Assembly (NCBI RefSeq): GCF_006345805.1
Contig: NW_021824833.1
Location: 1,902-65,901 of the forward strand
Source: Octopus sinensis
Taxonomy: Eukaryota
Reading direction: 5' to 3'
Length of the DNA: 64,000 bases
Shown: positions 50,181 through 63,079 of the stretch, in pieces
How the letters are laid out: each line of letters starts with the position of its first letter
Position numbering within the stretch: position 1 is the first letter of the stretch
The notes under the pieces: model-generated
What the model saw: only the letters and a program-made list of their open reading frames with translations
Databases searched by the model: none
What the model was told of the DNA's origin: nothing
Position numbers and translations under genes: made by a program

Positions 50181-51504
50181 ACCTCACTTTTCACACACAC
50201 ATACAGCCGTTCAAGAATTTGGACCTGGAGATCTCCATTTCCAGCGATTTCGAGGGCCACCTCCCAGTGGTGTCGGGCGTCAACGGAGAGCCCTCGACTA
50301 CAACAAGACGACCAAAGTTTTTTTTTTCTTTTCCAAGGTCAGGGGTCTCCCGCCCCTAAGCCCTAGACCATCACCTAATTACCCTTACCCGTCTGGTTGC
50401 TTAACAACAACACACATACATACATATACACATACATTATTTGATTCTCTGTTTGAAGAATTTCTAATAGGACATCCCTAACATGTTTTTCTATTACGCG
50501 TTTACTTTTTTGCAACTACTACTACCAAATGAAACACGTGTAATGGTGAATAAAAAATAAGAAGAAATTGTCCAGATTTGATATCTGATTACTCAGCAGG
50601 AAACATTTTCCAGTATTCTTAACTCTTATTAGGTAACAAGCTGGCAGAATCGTTAGCACACCGGTTTAAATGCTCAGCGGTATTTCATCCGTCTGCACAT
50701 TCTGAGTTCAAATTTCGCCGAGGTCGTCTTTGCCATTCATCCATTCTAGGTAGGTAAAATAAGTACCAGTTACACATTGGGGTCGATGTAATTGTCTTAA
50801 CCCCTTCTCCTAACTTGCTGGCGTTATGACAAATTTTGAAATCAATATTCTTTTACTCTTTTACTTGTTTCAGCCATTTTGACTGCGGACATGCTGGAGC
50901 ACCGCCTTTAGTCGAACAAATCGACCCCAGGGCTTATTCTTTGTGAGCCTAGTACTTATTCTATCAAAGACCAGCTCCATCAAGATTAACAGCTTAGAGA
51001 ATATCAAACAAATATGAGCAGACTTAGTTCATCTGCGAGGCACAGAAAAGTGGTCAACCGGTCAGGTTTATCAGTGAGGACAATGATATGCTTGTGGCAC
51101 AAGCATTTACTCAGAGTTCCCAGAAATCAAAAAAAAAAGGGCGTTTCCAATAAACTAGGCTGGATTAACATTATGCAAAATAAGCACGTGCTCAGGACAT
51201 TAGGGAAAAGGGCACCATAGAAAGGGTAAATGGTTTACGGCACAAAAGAAATCACTTTAAACTTGCTGAAATAATATTTGGGATGTCTTTATCTCTACTA
51301 AATATAGATGCAGATCTGTTAACCTAAGATTAATTTTGAGGATCTGACCAAAGACTTTGCAACTGAAAAAAGTTTTAGAGACTTCTCAAATACAAAGTGG
51401 ATGTATAAAATATAACGATTATTTTCCATGTAACCGTTCGTTTTTGTTTCATTTTGAAAAATAAATATGTATTTTATGGCTTAAAAAAAAAGAAAAGAAA
51501 TCAT

Positions 51505-51685
51505 TATTACCTACGCCTTAACGAAGGCGGAGATATTGTTTTCAGTCGCATTTGTTAGTTTATCCGTGGACGAGATAACTCAAGAACCGCTGGATAGATT
51601 CGGATGAAACTTTCAGGGGTGTTTGGCCTCGTGACTGGCACAGTCTCATTAAATTTTGGGATCGATCCGGTACCGGACAAGAATT
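51505..51685 (+). mobile_element. Helentron/HINE-like fragment
   Basis: ttattacctacgccttaacgaaggcggagatattgttttc with stem-loop cgcctt/aaggcg, resembling Helentron-associated 5' ends. Confidence 0.5.
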
Positions 51686-51957
51686 CTTTTTACTTTACAC
51701 GTATATACAGCATGGCCGCAGTCAAATGACTGAAACAAGTAAAAGAGTAAAAGAGTATATACAAATTTTCACATTATTCTCTTGTACGCGCACACGGATA
51801 CACACATATACTCACACATTTTCAACGTTGAACATTACCATCCCATTTCCATTGTACACGCGCAGGCAAATATACCTCTCTTACACACGCATTTATTCAC
51901 GCTCAAACTCCCTCCTTCGTTATTCATCTTTCACCCCTTCCTTTCTGTATAATAGAA

Positions 51958-52345
51958 CTAGCAGTATCGCCCGGCGTTGCTCGGGTTTGTTTCGACCCTT
52001 TAGAATTGGAATTTTAGAAAAGTAAAAATTTTGCATTATGTAGCTTGTCTCTTTAAGTGAACATCTTTCCTGGTTGAAATGCACCGAAAAATGGCGACAC
52101 AGCAGTCAAAAAATCGTAAAAAATAGGGATTTTCATAGAAAAAAAAAACACCTTTTTGATGTAAATAATTTTTGGTGTTAACATGGTCCGATTTGAATTT
52201 TTTCTTCTACGAAATGAAGAGCAAGCCGTCTTCTATCATACTCTCAATTTTGGTCAACTTGCGCCGCAGGGTCTCGGAGGAGATTAATGTTAGTTGAAGG
52301 CTACCAAACCTGCCATACACAGACAACTTCAGCTTTATATTTAGA
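51958..52345 (-). mobile_element. Non-autonomous Helitron-like element
   Basis: Reverse complement of the 31876-32235 family. Confidence 0.75.
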
Positions 52346-52591
52346 GATTACGAAGAAGAATGAAATGTTTGTTTTTTTTTAAACGAGGAAATTTTAAATA
52401 AAAATTTGGAAAAGAGAGAAAAAGAGAAAAATATATAAAAAGTCTGTGAAGAGGAGAAAACCAAAATAAATGGAAAAACTTACACAACACAGGTAAAGAA
52501 TCTGGAGAGTTTGGTAGCGTTCCCGTGTAAGTGTGAGTGTTTGCGTGTGTGTGGATGTATGTATGTATATGTGTATATATATATTTATATA

Positions 52592-52654
<63 letters not shown>

Positions 52655-53477
52655 TATATATATATAATAAACACAGTAACAGACACTCTTTAATACCAAC
52701 ATTCTTTATGAGGAACAAAAGACAAGTGGCAGCGCTAAAATTGTTACTACTACTACCATCAAGCAGCCATAAGAAGGAAACCAACCACAGGCACCATGGG
52801 AATTTTGTAAGAAAAACATATGTAAACTTCTAGAATTAATATTAAGAGAGATAAAATTATTTTCCTTTCTCTTACAGCATGATTAAATCACCTTTAAAAC
52901 GCTTGAAAACGGTAGCATATTTTGTTGAATATGTTAATATGTTTCTTTTGTACATGAGAAAGCTCTCGAAGCATCTACTTGTCTTTGCATTTTAATACGC
53001 ACATGTACACATACACACACATATTCATTTATAAGAAGAATAACATGGAGATTGTGGAGTTAATTGTTTATTATTAACAGCAAGTTGACCCTTCTTACAG
53101 CCGTTTCGATTAATACTCAATAAACATTAAATTTACATTTATGCGACATGAGTATAATATCATCAAAGGGGAAAAGATGTACCGTTGGATGCTGTATGTG
53201 TGTTTGTGAATTGATTGTAGCAGACTATATGTAGCATCCAGGATCCAACATCTCTTCATTGGAACAGGATAACCGTTGGCTTAGAGTTGGCAGCACTTGG
53301 TCTTGTACGAGGTATATAGTTTTCAAGTAGCACACAGTCACTGCTCTCGTGAAGAGGAAAACATTTAGTTTTATGCGTCGGTAGCCAGCTGGAAAAGATG
53401 TTTTCCTGGGGCTAAAAAAGGTAGTAACATCGTCCTAATCGGGACTGCCAACTTACATTTGCAAATAGATTTTACTC

Positions 53478-54424
53478 TACCAACGACATGGTTCCGGGTT
53501 CAGTCCTACTGCATGGCACCTTGGGAAAGTGTCTTCTACTACAGCCTTGGGCCGATCAAAGCCTTGTGAGTGGATTTAGTAGACGGAAACTGAAAGAACC
53601 CCGTCGTATACATATGTGTGTGTGTGTGTGTCTCCCAGCATCGCTTGACAACCGATGCTGGTGTGTTTACGTCCCCGTAACTTAGCGATTCGGCAAAATG
53701 AGGCAGATAGAATAAGTACTAGGCTTACAAAGAATAAGTCCTGAGGTCGATTTGCACGACTAGAGGCGGTGCTCCAGCATGGCCACAGTCAAAATGACTG
53801 AAACAAGTAAAAGAATAAAAGAATATGCGTGTGTGTGTGTGTAAAACGCACAGCTTCAACGAGATGAAATAAAATGCAACATAACGAAAATAATGAAATC
53901 ATGTACATGGTGTGCGTGTGGGGGAGGCTGTGTGTGTGCGCGCGCGCATGTATCTGTGTGTGACTGTGTATGTGTGTGCAATAAAGTGCAATGAAAACAG
54001 CCACAGCAACGCTACCATTACCTCCACGAGGAGACTCAAAGCTACCACATACAACTACTGCACAGCTACTACCACCACGGCCAATAGTTACAAACACACC
54101 ACAACTATTCCAACTGCTTTCACCTTTAACAGCGTCACCACCACTACCATCGCTAACACCACAACTATGCCACCACTACCGCCGGCCCTGCCACCGCTAC
54201 CTCTGCAAGAAATAGCAGTCGAATTTACCTTCGATTGTACTTCTCGTTGTTTTGAATAAGAACGGAAACGTCAGACGTTGTCATGGCTGTGTGGGTAAGA
54301 AGCTCGCTTTGCATGCGTATGGTTCCAGGTTCGATACCAATGCGCGGCACCTCGGGTCGATTAATGCTTTGTGCGTGAATTTGGTATATGGGAACTTTGT
54401 GGAAACCCATCTTACGTTGTGTTC

Positions 54425-54482
<58 letters not shown>

Positions 54483-54655
54483 AGAGAGGCTGTATGGTAA
54501 GAACCTTGCTTCCCAACCACATGGTTCCAGGTTCAGTCCCACTGCATGACACTTTGTGCAAGTGTCTTCTACTATAGCCTCGGGCCGACCAAAGCCTCGT
54601 AAGTAGATTTGGTAGACGGAAACTAAAAGAAGCTCGTTGTACATATATATATATA

Positions 54656-54702
<47 letters not shown>

Positions 54703-54905
54703 ATGTGTGTATGTTTGTCCCCTAATCATCGCTTGACAACCGATGTTGGTGTGTTTACGTCCCCGTAACTTAGCGGTTCTGCTTAAGAGATGAGGCTTAC
54801 AAAGAATAAGTCCTGGGGTCGATCTATTCAACTGAAAAAAAAACTTCAAGCGGTGCTCCAGCATGGCCGCAGTGGAATGACTGAAACAAGTGAAAGAATG
54901 AAATA
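53478..54905 (+). mobile_element. SINE family 1 copies (53478-53825, degraded 54270-54420, 54485-54905)
   Basis: Family head and tail motifs. Confidence 0.8.
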
Positions 54906-54942
54906 ATATAAGAATGTATGTGTGTGTGTGTGTGTGTATGTT

Positions 54943-54987
<45 letters not shown>

Positions 54988-55557
54988 GTGTGTGCACTCA
55001 CTATAATTGGAAATCAAACAGGGTGGTCACGACTGGAGTGCTTGACCCTATGTTTACCACCATCACTACTACAACCGCTACTATAACGAACAGTTTAGTT
55101 ACATCAACACCACGACTGCAATTACAACCACCATCACCACCACCAATACTACGACTACTAATAAATACTACTATTACTATCAACAACGCCATCACCTCCA
55201 CCGCCACTTCCTCTACAGCAGCCTCGAAGACCACTACTACCAGCGCCGCCACAACTACTGCCATAAATTGCACCTCAACACCGCTACCATAATGTGATCA
55301 CCTCACGCCACCCCCACCACCACGACCAGCATCTACCATCACTACTACTACTACTACTGCTACTATTACTATTATTGCAATCACTAGGACACCGCCTCCA
55401 CCAACAGAACCACCACTACCGTCACCCCCTGGCGTACAGTCTGAAGATACTATAGACAGAACAGCGACACCAGTGACGTTACGGAAATGCACTGCCGCCA
55501 TGACTGGGTGATAATAGAAAAAAAAACATGACCCGCCTCTTTTTTCACACCTTCATG

Positions 55558-55594
<37 letters not shown>

Positions 55595-55847
55595 TTTCTC
55601 TCGCCCTTCCTTTCTATCTCTCTGTCTCTCTGTTAGATTTTGTTCTTCTTGACTGTCCCCTCTCTCTCTCTCTCTTTATGTTTCCCTCTCGCTCTCTCCT
55701 TCTCTATCTGTCTCTCTCTCCATCACTTGCTTTTCTTTTTGTTTTACTTTTTCATAACTGTCTTCCCTCTCCTCCTCCACCTTTTCACTCCACCATTCCC
55801 TGCCCACCCCCTCTTTATCTCTCTCTCTCTCTCTCTCGGTTGTTTTA

Positions 55848-55925
<78 letters not shown>

Positions 55926-56628
55926 GCGGAATCACAAACACGCACCCATACACATACAAGCGCAGTCACACACATACACACACACACACTCCTACACACA
56001 CTCACACACACACACACACACACCGAAAGGCCACATAAAGTGGGAGAGAGAAAATATATTAAAGACGATGGAAGCAGCAGCAGCAGCAGCAGAAGAAGAA
56101 GAAGAAGAAGAAGAAGAAGAAGAAGAAGAAAAAGGAGGAAATAAATATGAATACACATACACACCCTGAACACAAACACACATACATAGATGCAAGCAAA
56201 TACACACACACACATATGCAGGTCTACACTCACATATATTCTCTCATACACACACACAATTTCATTTTCGTTGAGATTGTCGTTATTGTTGTTGTTGTTA
56301 TTGTGAATGTAAACTGCAGTTGTTGTTGTTATAGTTGCAGTTGTTGCTGCCACTCTTGTTGATTGCACACACACACACACCACACACGCACGCACGCACG
56401 CACATGCGCATGGTGAGGTACCACGTGATGGTGTGTTGTGCAAACAAACTAAACTATATTTAATATGCCATACTACTCACACTACTACGACTACTGCTGC
56501 TGTTGTTGCTGTTGTTGTTGCTGCTGCTGCTGCAACTGCATTTAATGAGGCTATAGAGGGAAGGGGCGTGTAAGCTTACATAAATGCACACATTTTAGAG
56601 AGAGAGAGATCAGAGGGGAAGAGGGAGA

Positions 56629-56717
<89 letters not shown>

Positions 56718-56761
56718 CAGATGACAGACAGACAGACAGATAGTATAAGAGGGAGATTAAC

Positions 56762-56824
<63 letters not shown>

Positions 56825-57056
56825 ACAAATTTGGACAGGTAAAAAAGTCAGCCAATGTTTGCGGTTTATTATGGTGAGCAAGAAAGCAGCGAATATCAGA
56901 AAACATTTCACACACATACACACACACACACAAGAAACATAGTGCAAGAAAGTAGGAGAAAGAGACCGAAAGAAAGAGACGAAGAAAGAGAAAGAGAAAC
57001 AGAGAAAGAGAAACAGAGAAGGAGAGAGAACGGCGGTAACAACGACAGTCACATAC

Positions 57057-57076
57057 CGTGTGTCGTCTGATGACAT
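57057..57076 (-). CDS. KHK: Candidate KHK coding exon 1: ATG TCA TCA GAC GAC ACA CG|gtatgt
   Basis: Strong donor; phase 2 matches the single leading C of exon 2 (CG+C = Arg). It implies a 13.2-kb first intron. No homology support for these 7 aa. Confidence 0.55.
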
Positions 57077-57092
57077 CAAAATGGCGGCCAGG
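57077..57092. promoter_or_regulatory. YY1-type motif (AAAATGGCGGC) next to the candidate KHK start
   Basis: caaaatggcggcc lies in a non-repetitive island between large simple repeats. Confidence 0.35.
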
Positions 57093-57284
57093 TTAGCTGC
57101 TCTTGAGTATGACCAGAGGATCGGATGTCGCTGTGCCAGAAAAAGCTGCAGTAATGCTTTCTCGTGTTTTCATTGGTTAATATAATAAAAATATACGCTG
57201 TTCCATCATCACTGGAGCTATTTTCATAAAACATCAACTCCTCCACCATTTATAGACATAGTTACTACAACAGTCTACAGTTAC

Positions 57285-57316
<32 letters not shown>

Positions 57317-57473
57317 CTACGGCAAAACAGTAATACTTATGCGCAAGGCATATTATGTATATACATCCATGTAAATAGAAAGATGGATAAATGTACGTCT
57401 GTGAATATTACAGCTGTTTTTCTCTTCAGTCGAGTATCTTCTTATACGCTATGTGAATCTTCATTTAATTAAG

Positions 57474-57474
<1 letters not shown>

Positions 57475-57526
<52 letters not shown>

Positions 57527-57695
57527 TTTCACATACCTCCCTCTCCCGCGCTCTTTCATTCATCTTATTCCAACTAGATTTTCTCTTATCTTCCGTCCTC
57601 ATTATCTCCCTCCCTCCCTCTCTCTCTCTCTCTTTATTCTCAACTCTTATATTTTCGTTCTCTTTTCCTCTGAATTTCTTTCACTCACACTCTCT

Positions 57696-57751
<56 letters not shown>

Positions 57752-58620
57752 CTCCATACCACTCTTTATCGTCTATCTCCATCTTTTTCTCTCCACACAT
57801 TCTTTATCGTTTCTTCCCCACACTCTCTCACTCTCTCTCTCCCTTTCACTCTCCCTTTCACTCTCCCTTTCACTCTCCCTCTCTCTTCCCACTCTCTCCC
57901 TCTCTCTCTCTCCCTTTCACTCTCCCTCTCTCTCTTTCTCTCTCATCTACCCTATTTCCTTCTTTCTTTCTCTTACATTCTTTCTCTCTATACCTCTTCC
58001 ATTTCTGCTCTTAATTCTCATTTCTATATTCTTTTGCGCTCTATATTCCAGTTCCCTTCTTCTTCTTCTTCTTCTTCTTCTTCTTCTTCTTCTTCTTCTT
58101 CTTCTTCTTCTTCTTCTTCTTTCCTTCCTCACCCTCGTCTTCTTCTTCTTCTCCTTCCTCATCCTCTTCTTCTTCTTCTTCTTCTTCTTCTCCTTCCTCG
58201 TCCTCGTCTTTTTCTTCTCCTTCCTCACCCTCGTCTTCTTCTCCTTCCTCATCCTCTTCTTCTTCTTCTTTCTCTTCTTCTTCTTCTTTCTCTTCTTCTT
58301 CTTCTTTCTCTTCTTCTTCGTCTTCTTTTCTTCTTCTTCTTCTTCTTTCCTCTTCTTTTTTCTTCTTCTTCTTCTTCTTCTTCTTTCTCTTCTTCTTCTC
58401 TTCTTCTTTCTTCTCTTCTTCTTCTGTCTGCTTCTCTCGTCCTTCCGTCTTCTTTTCTTCCTTCTCTCTTCCTCGTCTTCTTATTCTCCTTCCTCGTCCT
58501 CTTCTTCTTCTTCTTCTTCTTCTCCTCCTTCCTCCTCCTCTTCTTCTTCTTCTTCTCCTTCCTCATCCTCTTCTTCTTCTTCTTCTTCTTCTTTTCTTCT
58601 TCTTCTTCTTCTTCTTCTTC
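57475..58620 (+). repeat. (CT)n and (TTC)n polypyrimidine tracts
   Basis: Direct; the 430-aa L/S/F ORF here is an artefact. Confidence 0.95.
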
Positions 58621-58759
58621 CATTCACACCTCACACTTCTTGCATGTCTTCTTGCATTACACACGAGATATTTTGTTTTACTGCAAAAGTAATTAACACG
58701 CATTATAATCAGGCATGTGACAATAGAAGATGCAGTGTGCCGTGATGCGTAAGTGTTAG

Positions 58760-58814
<55 letters not shown>

Positions 58815-58855
58815 TAATAATAATAATAATAATGATAATGATGATGATGATGATG

Positions 58856-58914
<59 letters not shown>

Positions 58915-58959
58915 TTATTCTTTTTATATTTTTAATAATAATAATGGTTTCAAATTTTT

Positions 58960-59108
58960 CCACAAGGGCAACAATTTGGGGAGAGGGGGCTAGGTGATTA
59001 CATTGGCCTCAGTATTTCACTGGTACTTAATTTATCGACTCCTAAAGGAAGAAAGGTAAAGTCGACTTCGGCAAAATTTGAACTCAGAACGTAAAGACAG
59101 ACGAAATA
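58960..59108 (-). mobile_element. SINE family 2A, 3' part, broken at the Tx1 target
   Basis: Ends gaactcagaacgtaaagacagacgaaata. Confidence 0.75.
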
Positions 59109-60010
59109 ATAATAATTGTTTCTTTATTGGCCACAAGGGCCGAACATAGAAGCAAATAGGGACAATACAAAGCAAGGGACAAGTGGGGTTTAACCCCCCA
59201 AAAATCGATTAAACAATAAAATAATGTCAATTAACAATATAATTAAACAATCAAAAATTCTCCAAAAGTGGAGAGTTCCACATAGGGACCACTGAGGAAC
59301 CCCACACACCCTGGTTACCCCGAACGCGAGGTGCACCTCGGCAGGCGCTCCTCTCCTTCTCGACTCCTCCGGTTTACAAGCGAATGTTCAGAGTAGGCCT
59401 ATTCACACGTGCCATCCTCGCCACATTCACCCACCTTTCAACAGAAATATTGGGGGTGGGGCAGAACTTCCTTCACTTTCACTTTCCTTTTCAGATGGAA
59501 TTTGGAAAAGTCGACGAGGGCTTCGCCGAAGAGGAAAGCATCTGTCTTCAGACCTTTCAATCTCGCCCACAACACTACCTCCTTCGCCATAACCACCAAA
59601 CAGATGAAAACTGACGTTTTTTTCTCGGCCAAAAGAAGGCGGCGGTGCGATCTTCACGGTGGACTCGGTTGATAACCGGATCCGTCCTACACGCGTCAAC
59701 AAAGCTCCACAAGTCAGTAGTGCCCGGACACTGGACGAGTGCAGGCGGGGCGGTTTAATTGCCCTGCGTACACCTCGGACAGGTCCGTCAGACAGCACTT
59801 CCGTATCTGTAGGACTTGTCTCGAACCGACAGGGCTCCCTGGTAGCACTGCCAGGCCAGCGATTTCTGGAAGTTATCTATAGGCCCCCGGCCCGAAAGTC
59901 CTCCGGAAAAGACCAGCTGATTGATCTTTACCGACGCCCAGAATTACTCCGAGGACGTCATCGTTCTTTCCCGCCACCAATCCCTTATAGAACTCCATAA
60001 TGGAACTTCA
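59109..60010 (-). mobile_element. 5'-truncated, degraded Tx1-clade LINE of a second subfamily
   Basis: Fragments IDNFQKSLAWQCY.GAL, TCPRC, LVQCP, RIRLSTES and LVVMAKEVV align with ORF2 at 15306-15930. The 5' boundary is uncertain. Confidence 0.8.
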
Positions 60011-60674
60011 GATTGTCACTTTCATTTATTACCACGCAAGCGAGTACCCACTACAGATCTAGTTCTGGTGGCACTTCCTATATGATAATCTTCATCGCCC
60101 TTCTTCCCATATATGTAATGAAGAGCACGAATACCTCGCTACAGCAGGCGGCCAGCGAGTGTTTAATAGCCAGGTCCTCAGTTTTAAAAAACTTTCACCC
60201 CGACTAACTGCTTCACCCTCGATATACGGCCGATGTCCTGCTAAATATCGTGAAGGACCCTTTCTATCTAGGTGTTCGTTGCCATTCCGAGCCGTTTCGA
60301 TTTACGACTAATGCAGTGTTACGTCACTATTTTCCTGGCTGTGTTTTCTAACGTTTCTGGTGGTGGTGATAGTCTGCCCTCTTCCCATCGATTTTTCTAA
60401 ATTTTAAAATGGACGTCGCCATCTTGACGGAATTGCTTTTAAACGCCTCTCGAGCGATATTCTGGTGGGCTTAATATTACCCCTTACAGGGCCAAACAAC
60501 CACAGAAAACCTAGTCACAAGTTCTTGGATTTTTCAGTAACAAATTGGAGCGAAAATTCCGAGCGAAAAACAGCACCAAACGGGTGTATAGAATGAATAT
60601 AATGAAGACTTACTTCGAGCGTTCGAAAACACGTCCGACGTACTCCGCAGCAAATATAATGATAATAATAATAA

Positions 60675-60870
60675 TCCTTTCTACTAGAGGCACAAGGCCT
60701 GAAATTTCGGAGAGGAGACTAGTCGATTACATCGACCCCAGTGTTTCACTGGTACTTAATTTATCAACCCCTAAAGGATGAAAGGCAAAGTCGGCCGCGG
60801 CGGAATTTGAACTCAGAACGTAAGGACGGACGAAATGCCGCTAAGCATTTTTGACGAGCGTGCGAAAGAT
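60675..60870 (-). mobile_element. SINE family 2A with an empty target site
   Basis: gacggacgaaatgccgctaagcatt is uninterrupted. Confidence 0.8.
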
Positions 60871-60872
60871 TC

Positions 60873-60928
<56 letters not shown>

Positions 60929-61039
60929 TAATAATAATAACAATGATTTTTTAGTAGTAGTTCGTTTGATGAAGACATCACCGTCTTAGACAGAATAATA
61001 TTCATAAAAACTTTTTTTATGTATGTATTCTCATGCATA

Positions 61040-61335
61040 TAGTTGCATATCTAGACATGTTCTTATTGATAAACTTCAGGAAAGTTCTACAGATTTTTAC
61101 AGTTCCATTGATGGACTGGATCTGTAGCCTTCGAATTAGCTTTCTCCTTTCTGATTTTGAGAAGCGTAATTTCTCAAAATTGGTATTTAGGCAGTGTGTT
61201 ACATATCCCAGAGCTCCAATAATTACAGGTATAAACCTGAACTTGTAATCTGGATAGAGTAACTGTAGATTTCTCAATAGTTCAGCATAGGTATTCTCTT
61301 TTTCACTGATCTTCAGCTTTATGTTATCATCCGTA
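61040..61335 (-). mobile_element. 5'-truncated RLE-type non-LTR retrotransposon end in (CATA)n
   Basis: DDNIKLKISEKENTYAELLRNLQLLYPDYKFRFIPVIIGALGYV...TVKICRTFLKF. Confidence 0.75.
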
Positions 61336-61404
61336 TGTATGTATGTATGTATGTATGTATGTATGTATGTATGTATGTACGTATGTATGTATGTATGTAT
61401 GTAT

Positions 61405-61752
61405 GACCCTGCCTCAGTAAAGCTGGACTCAAGAGTTATCTTCGTAGTCATAAAGCGAGACAGATGAGTGATAACCTGGCCACTGGTGGTGGTGTTACAC
61501 ACCATACTAATCATATCTGTTGGGCATGTGGAAGAAAGTGTAATTCGGCGGGAGGACTTAAACGACATGCAAAGGTACATGAAGCCCAGTTACAACTACA
61601 GTCGGCTACTGCCGGTAAAGGTTTTAGCTGCCAATTCTGTACAAGACATTGTAGATCTTTAGCTGGGCAAAAAAGTCACGTTCGATCACAGCACCAATAA
61701 CAGTTAAGCTTCGTGCAATGGCCATACTCGATAACGAGGGGGCAACCATCAT
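61405..61752 (+). mobile_element. 5'-truncated RTE-type LINE 3' end with tandem C2H2 zinc fingers and an (ATGT)n tail
   Basis: CWACGRKCNSAGGLKRHAKVH and CQFCTRHCRSLAGQKSHVRSQH, plus a partial upstream finger; (ATGT)n on both sides. Confidence 0.65.
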
Positions 61753-62158
61753 GTATGTATGTATGTATGTATGTATGTATGTAGACCAAGAAAAAAGTAA
61801 CAAGAATGGATCAGTAGTTTAGTACAATTGTTTCATACTAAGAACATTTTATTTAAAGCTGCAAATATTACAGCAAATATAATGTCAAGTATTCATCAGC
61901 TAAATCACATATATGTTTTCCAAACATCCTAGAGAGTGTAAATATCCTTATGGAGTATTAGGAGTGAGTTCTATGAATTTGAAGTAAGATTATAAGCAGA
62001 CTTTATATGTTTTCCAACAATGAACAGTTTTTAAAAAAAGTTTTTAAAATGATTATTAACTTCCCAGAGAAGGTAAATCCATCCATAAAGATGCAGATAT
62101 AAGTTCCAGGAGACATGGTCACACACCGGTTCAGTTCACATCTAACTGTTGCAGACAG

Positions 62159-62334
62159 AATTTTATAGTAGCAAGAAAGACAGCGAGGTAGGTTTAGCCA
62201 AGGTAGGTTAGCCAAGGTAGGTTTAGCCAAGAATTTTATAGTAGCAAGAAAGACAGCGAGGTAGGTTTAGCCAAGGTAGGTTTAGCCAAGAATTTTATAG
62301 TAGCAAGAAAGACAGCGAGGTAGGTTTAGCCAAA
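62159..62334 (+). repeat. Hierarchical tandem repeat A-BBB-A-BB-A-B
   Basis: A = aattttatagtagcaagaaagacagcgag (29 bp); B = gtaggtttagccaag (15 bp). Confidence 0.92.
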
Positions 62335-62693
62335 GTAAAGAACATTCTTGTTACGTTTTTTCTTGGTTATAATCACCCCACATAATTTTATGGTTAATAC
62401 CATAAAGAATTCTGGTGCATCTAAGTTAAGTACCATATTCATTTGAATTCATTTGAATCTTAATTGTTTTGCTGAAATTATGTATGTATGTATGTATGTA
62501 TGTATGTATGTATGTATGTATGTATGTATGTATGTATGTATGTATGTAGACCTGAGGTATGTAAATATATGTGCGGTGTCTTGTGGAGGAGAGCTGAAGC
62601 TGAAAGAAGACCATACGAACAAAACGAAGATATCAGTAACCATTATGAAGTGTTATAGGGAATATCGGCTGGATTCGCTTTGTATAATCTCTC

Positions 62694-63079
62694 TCTATAT
62701 AAAGCTGAAGTTGTCTGTGTGTGGCAGGTTTGGTAGCCTTCAACTAACACTATCTCCTCCGAGACCCTGTGGCGCAAGTTGACCAAAATTGAGAGTATGA
62801 TAGAAGAAGGCTTGCTCTTCCTTCCGTAGAAGAAAACATTCAAATCGGACCATGTTAACACCAAAAATTATTTACATCAAAAAGGTGCTTTTTTTCAATG
62901 AAAATCCCTATTTTTTACGATTCTTTGACTGCTGTGTCGCCATTTTTCGGTGTATTTCAACCAGAAAAAAGTTCGCTTAAAGAGAATAACAAGCTACATA
63001 AGGCAAATTTTTTACTTTTCAAAAATTCCAATTCTAAAGGGTCGAAACAAACCCGAGCAACGCCGGGCGATACTGCTAG
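62694..63079 (+). mobile_element. Non-autonomous Helitron-like element
   Basis: Same termini and body as 31876-32235. Confidence 0.75.

Noticed and set aside
50345-50392. Degenerate CCCTAA-like words as an interstitial telomere
   Set aside because: Too short and irregular.
52485-52530. GNA-coding segment with a GTAAGT donor as a KHK exon
   Set aside because: The true GGNASN exon is at 42913-43029, and this segment has no further similarity.
60121-60150. gcacgaatacctcgctacagca as the TSD or SINE head for the second Tx1 copy
   Set aside because: Similarity to cagacgaaataccgctaagca is too weak to call.
60220-60660. CpG-richer island with aaaatgg/gccatctt motifs as the KHK promoter
   Set aside because: Only compositional hints; it cannot be distinguished from an unrecognised repeat.
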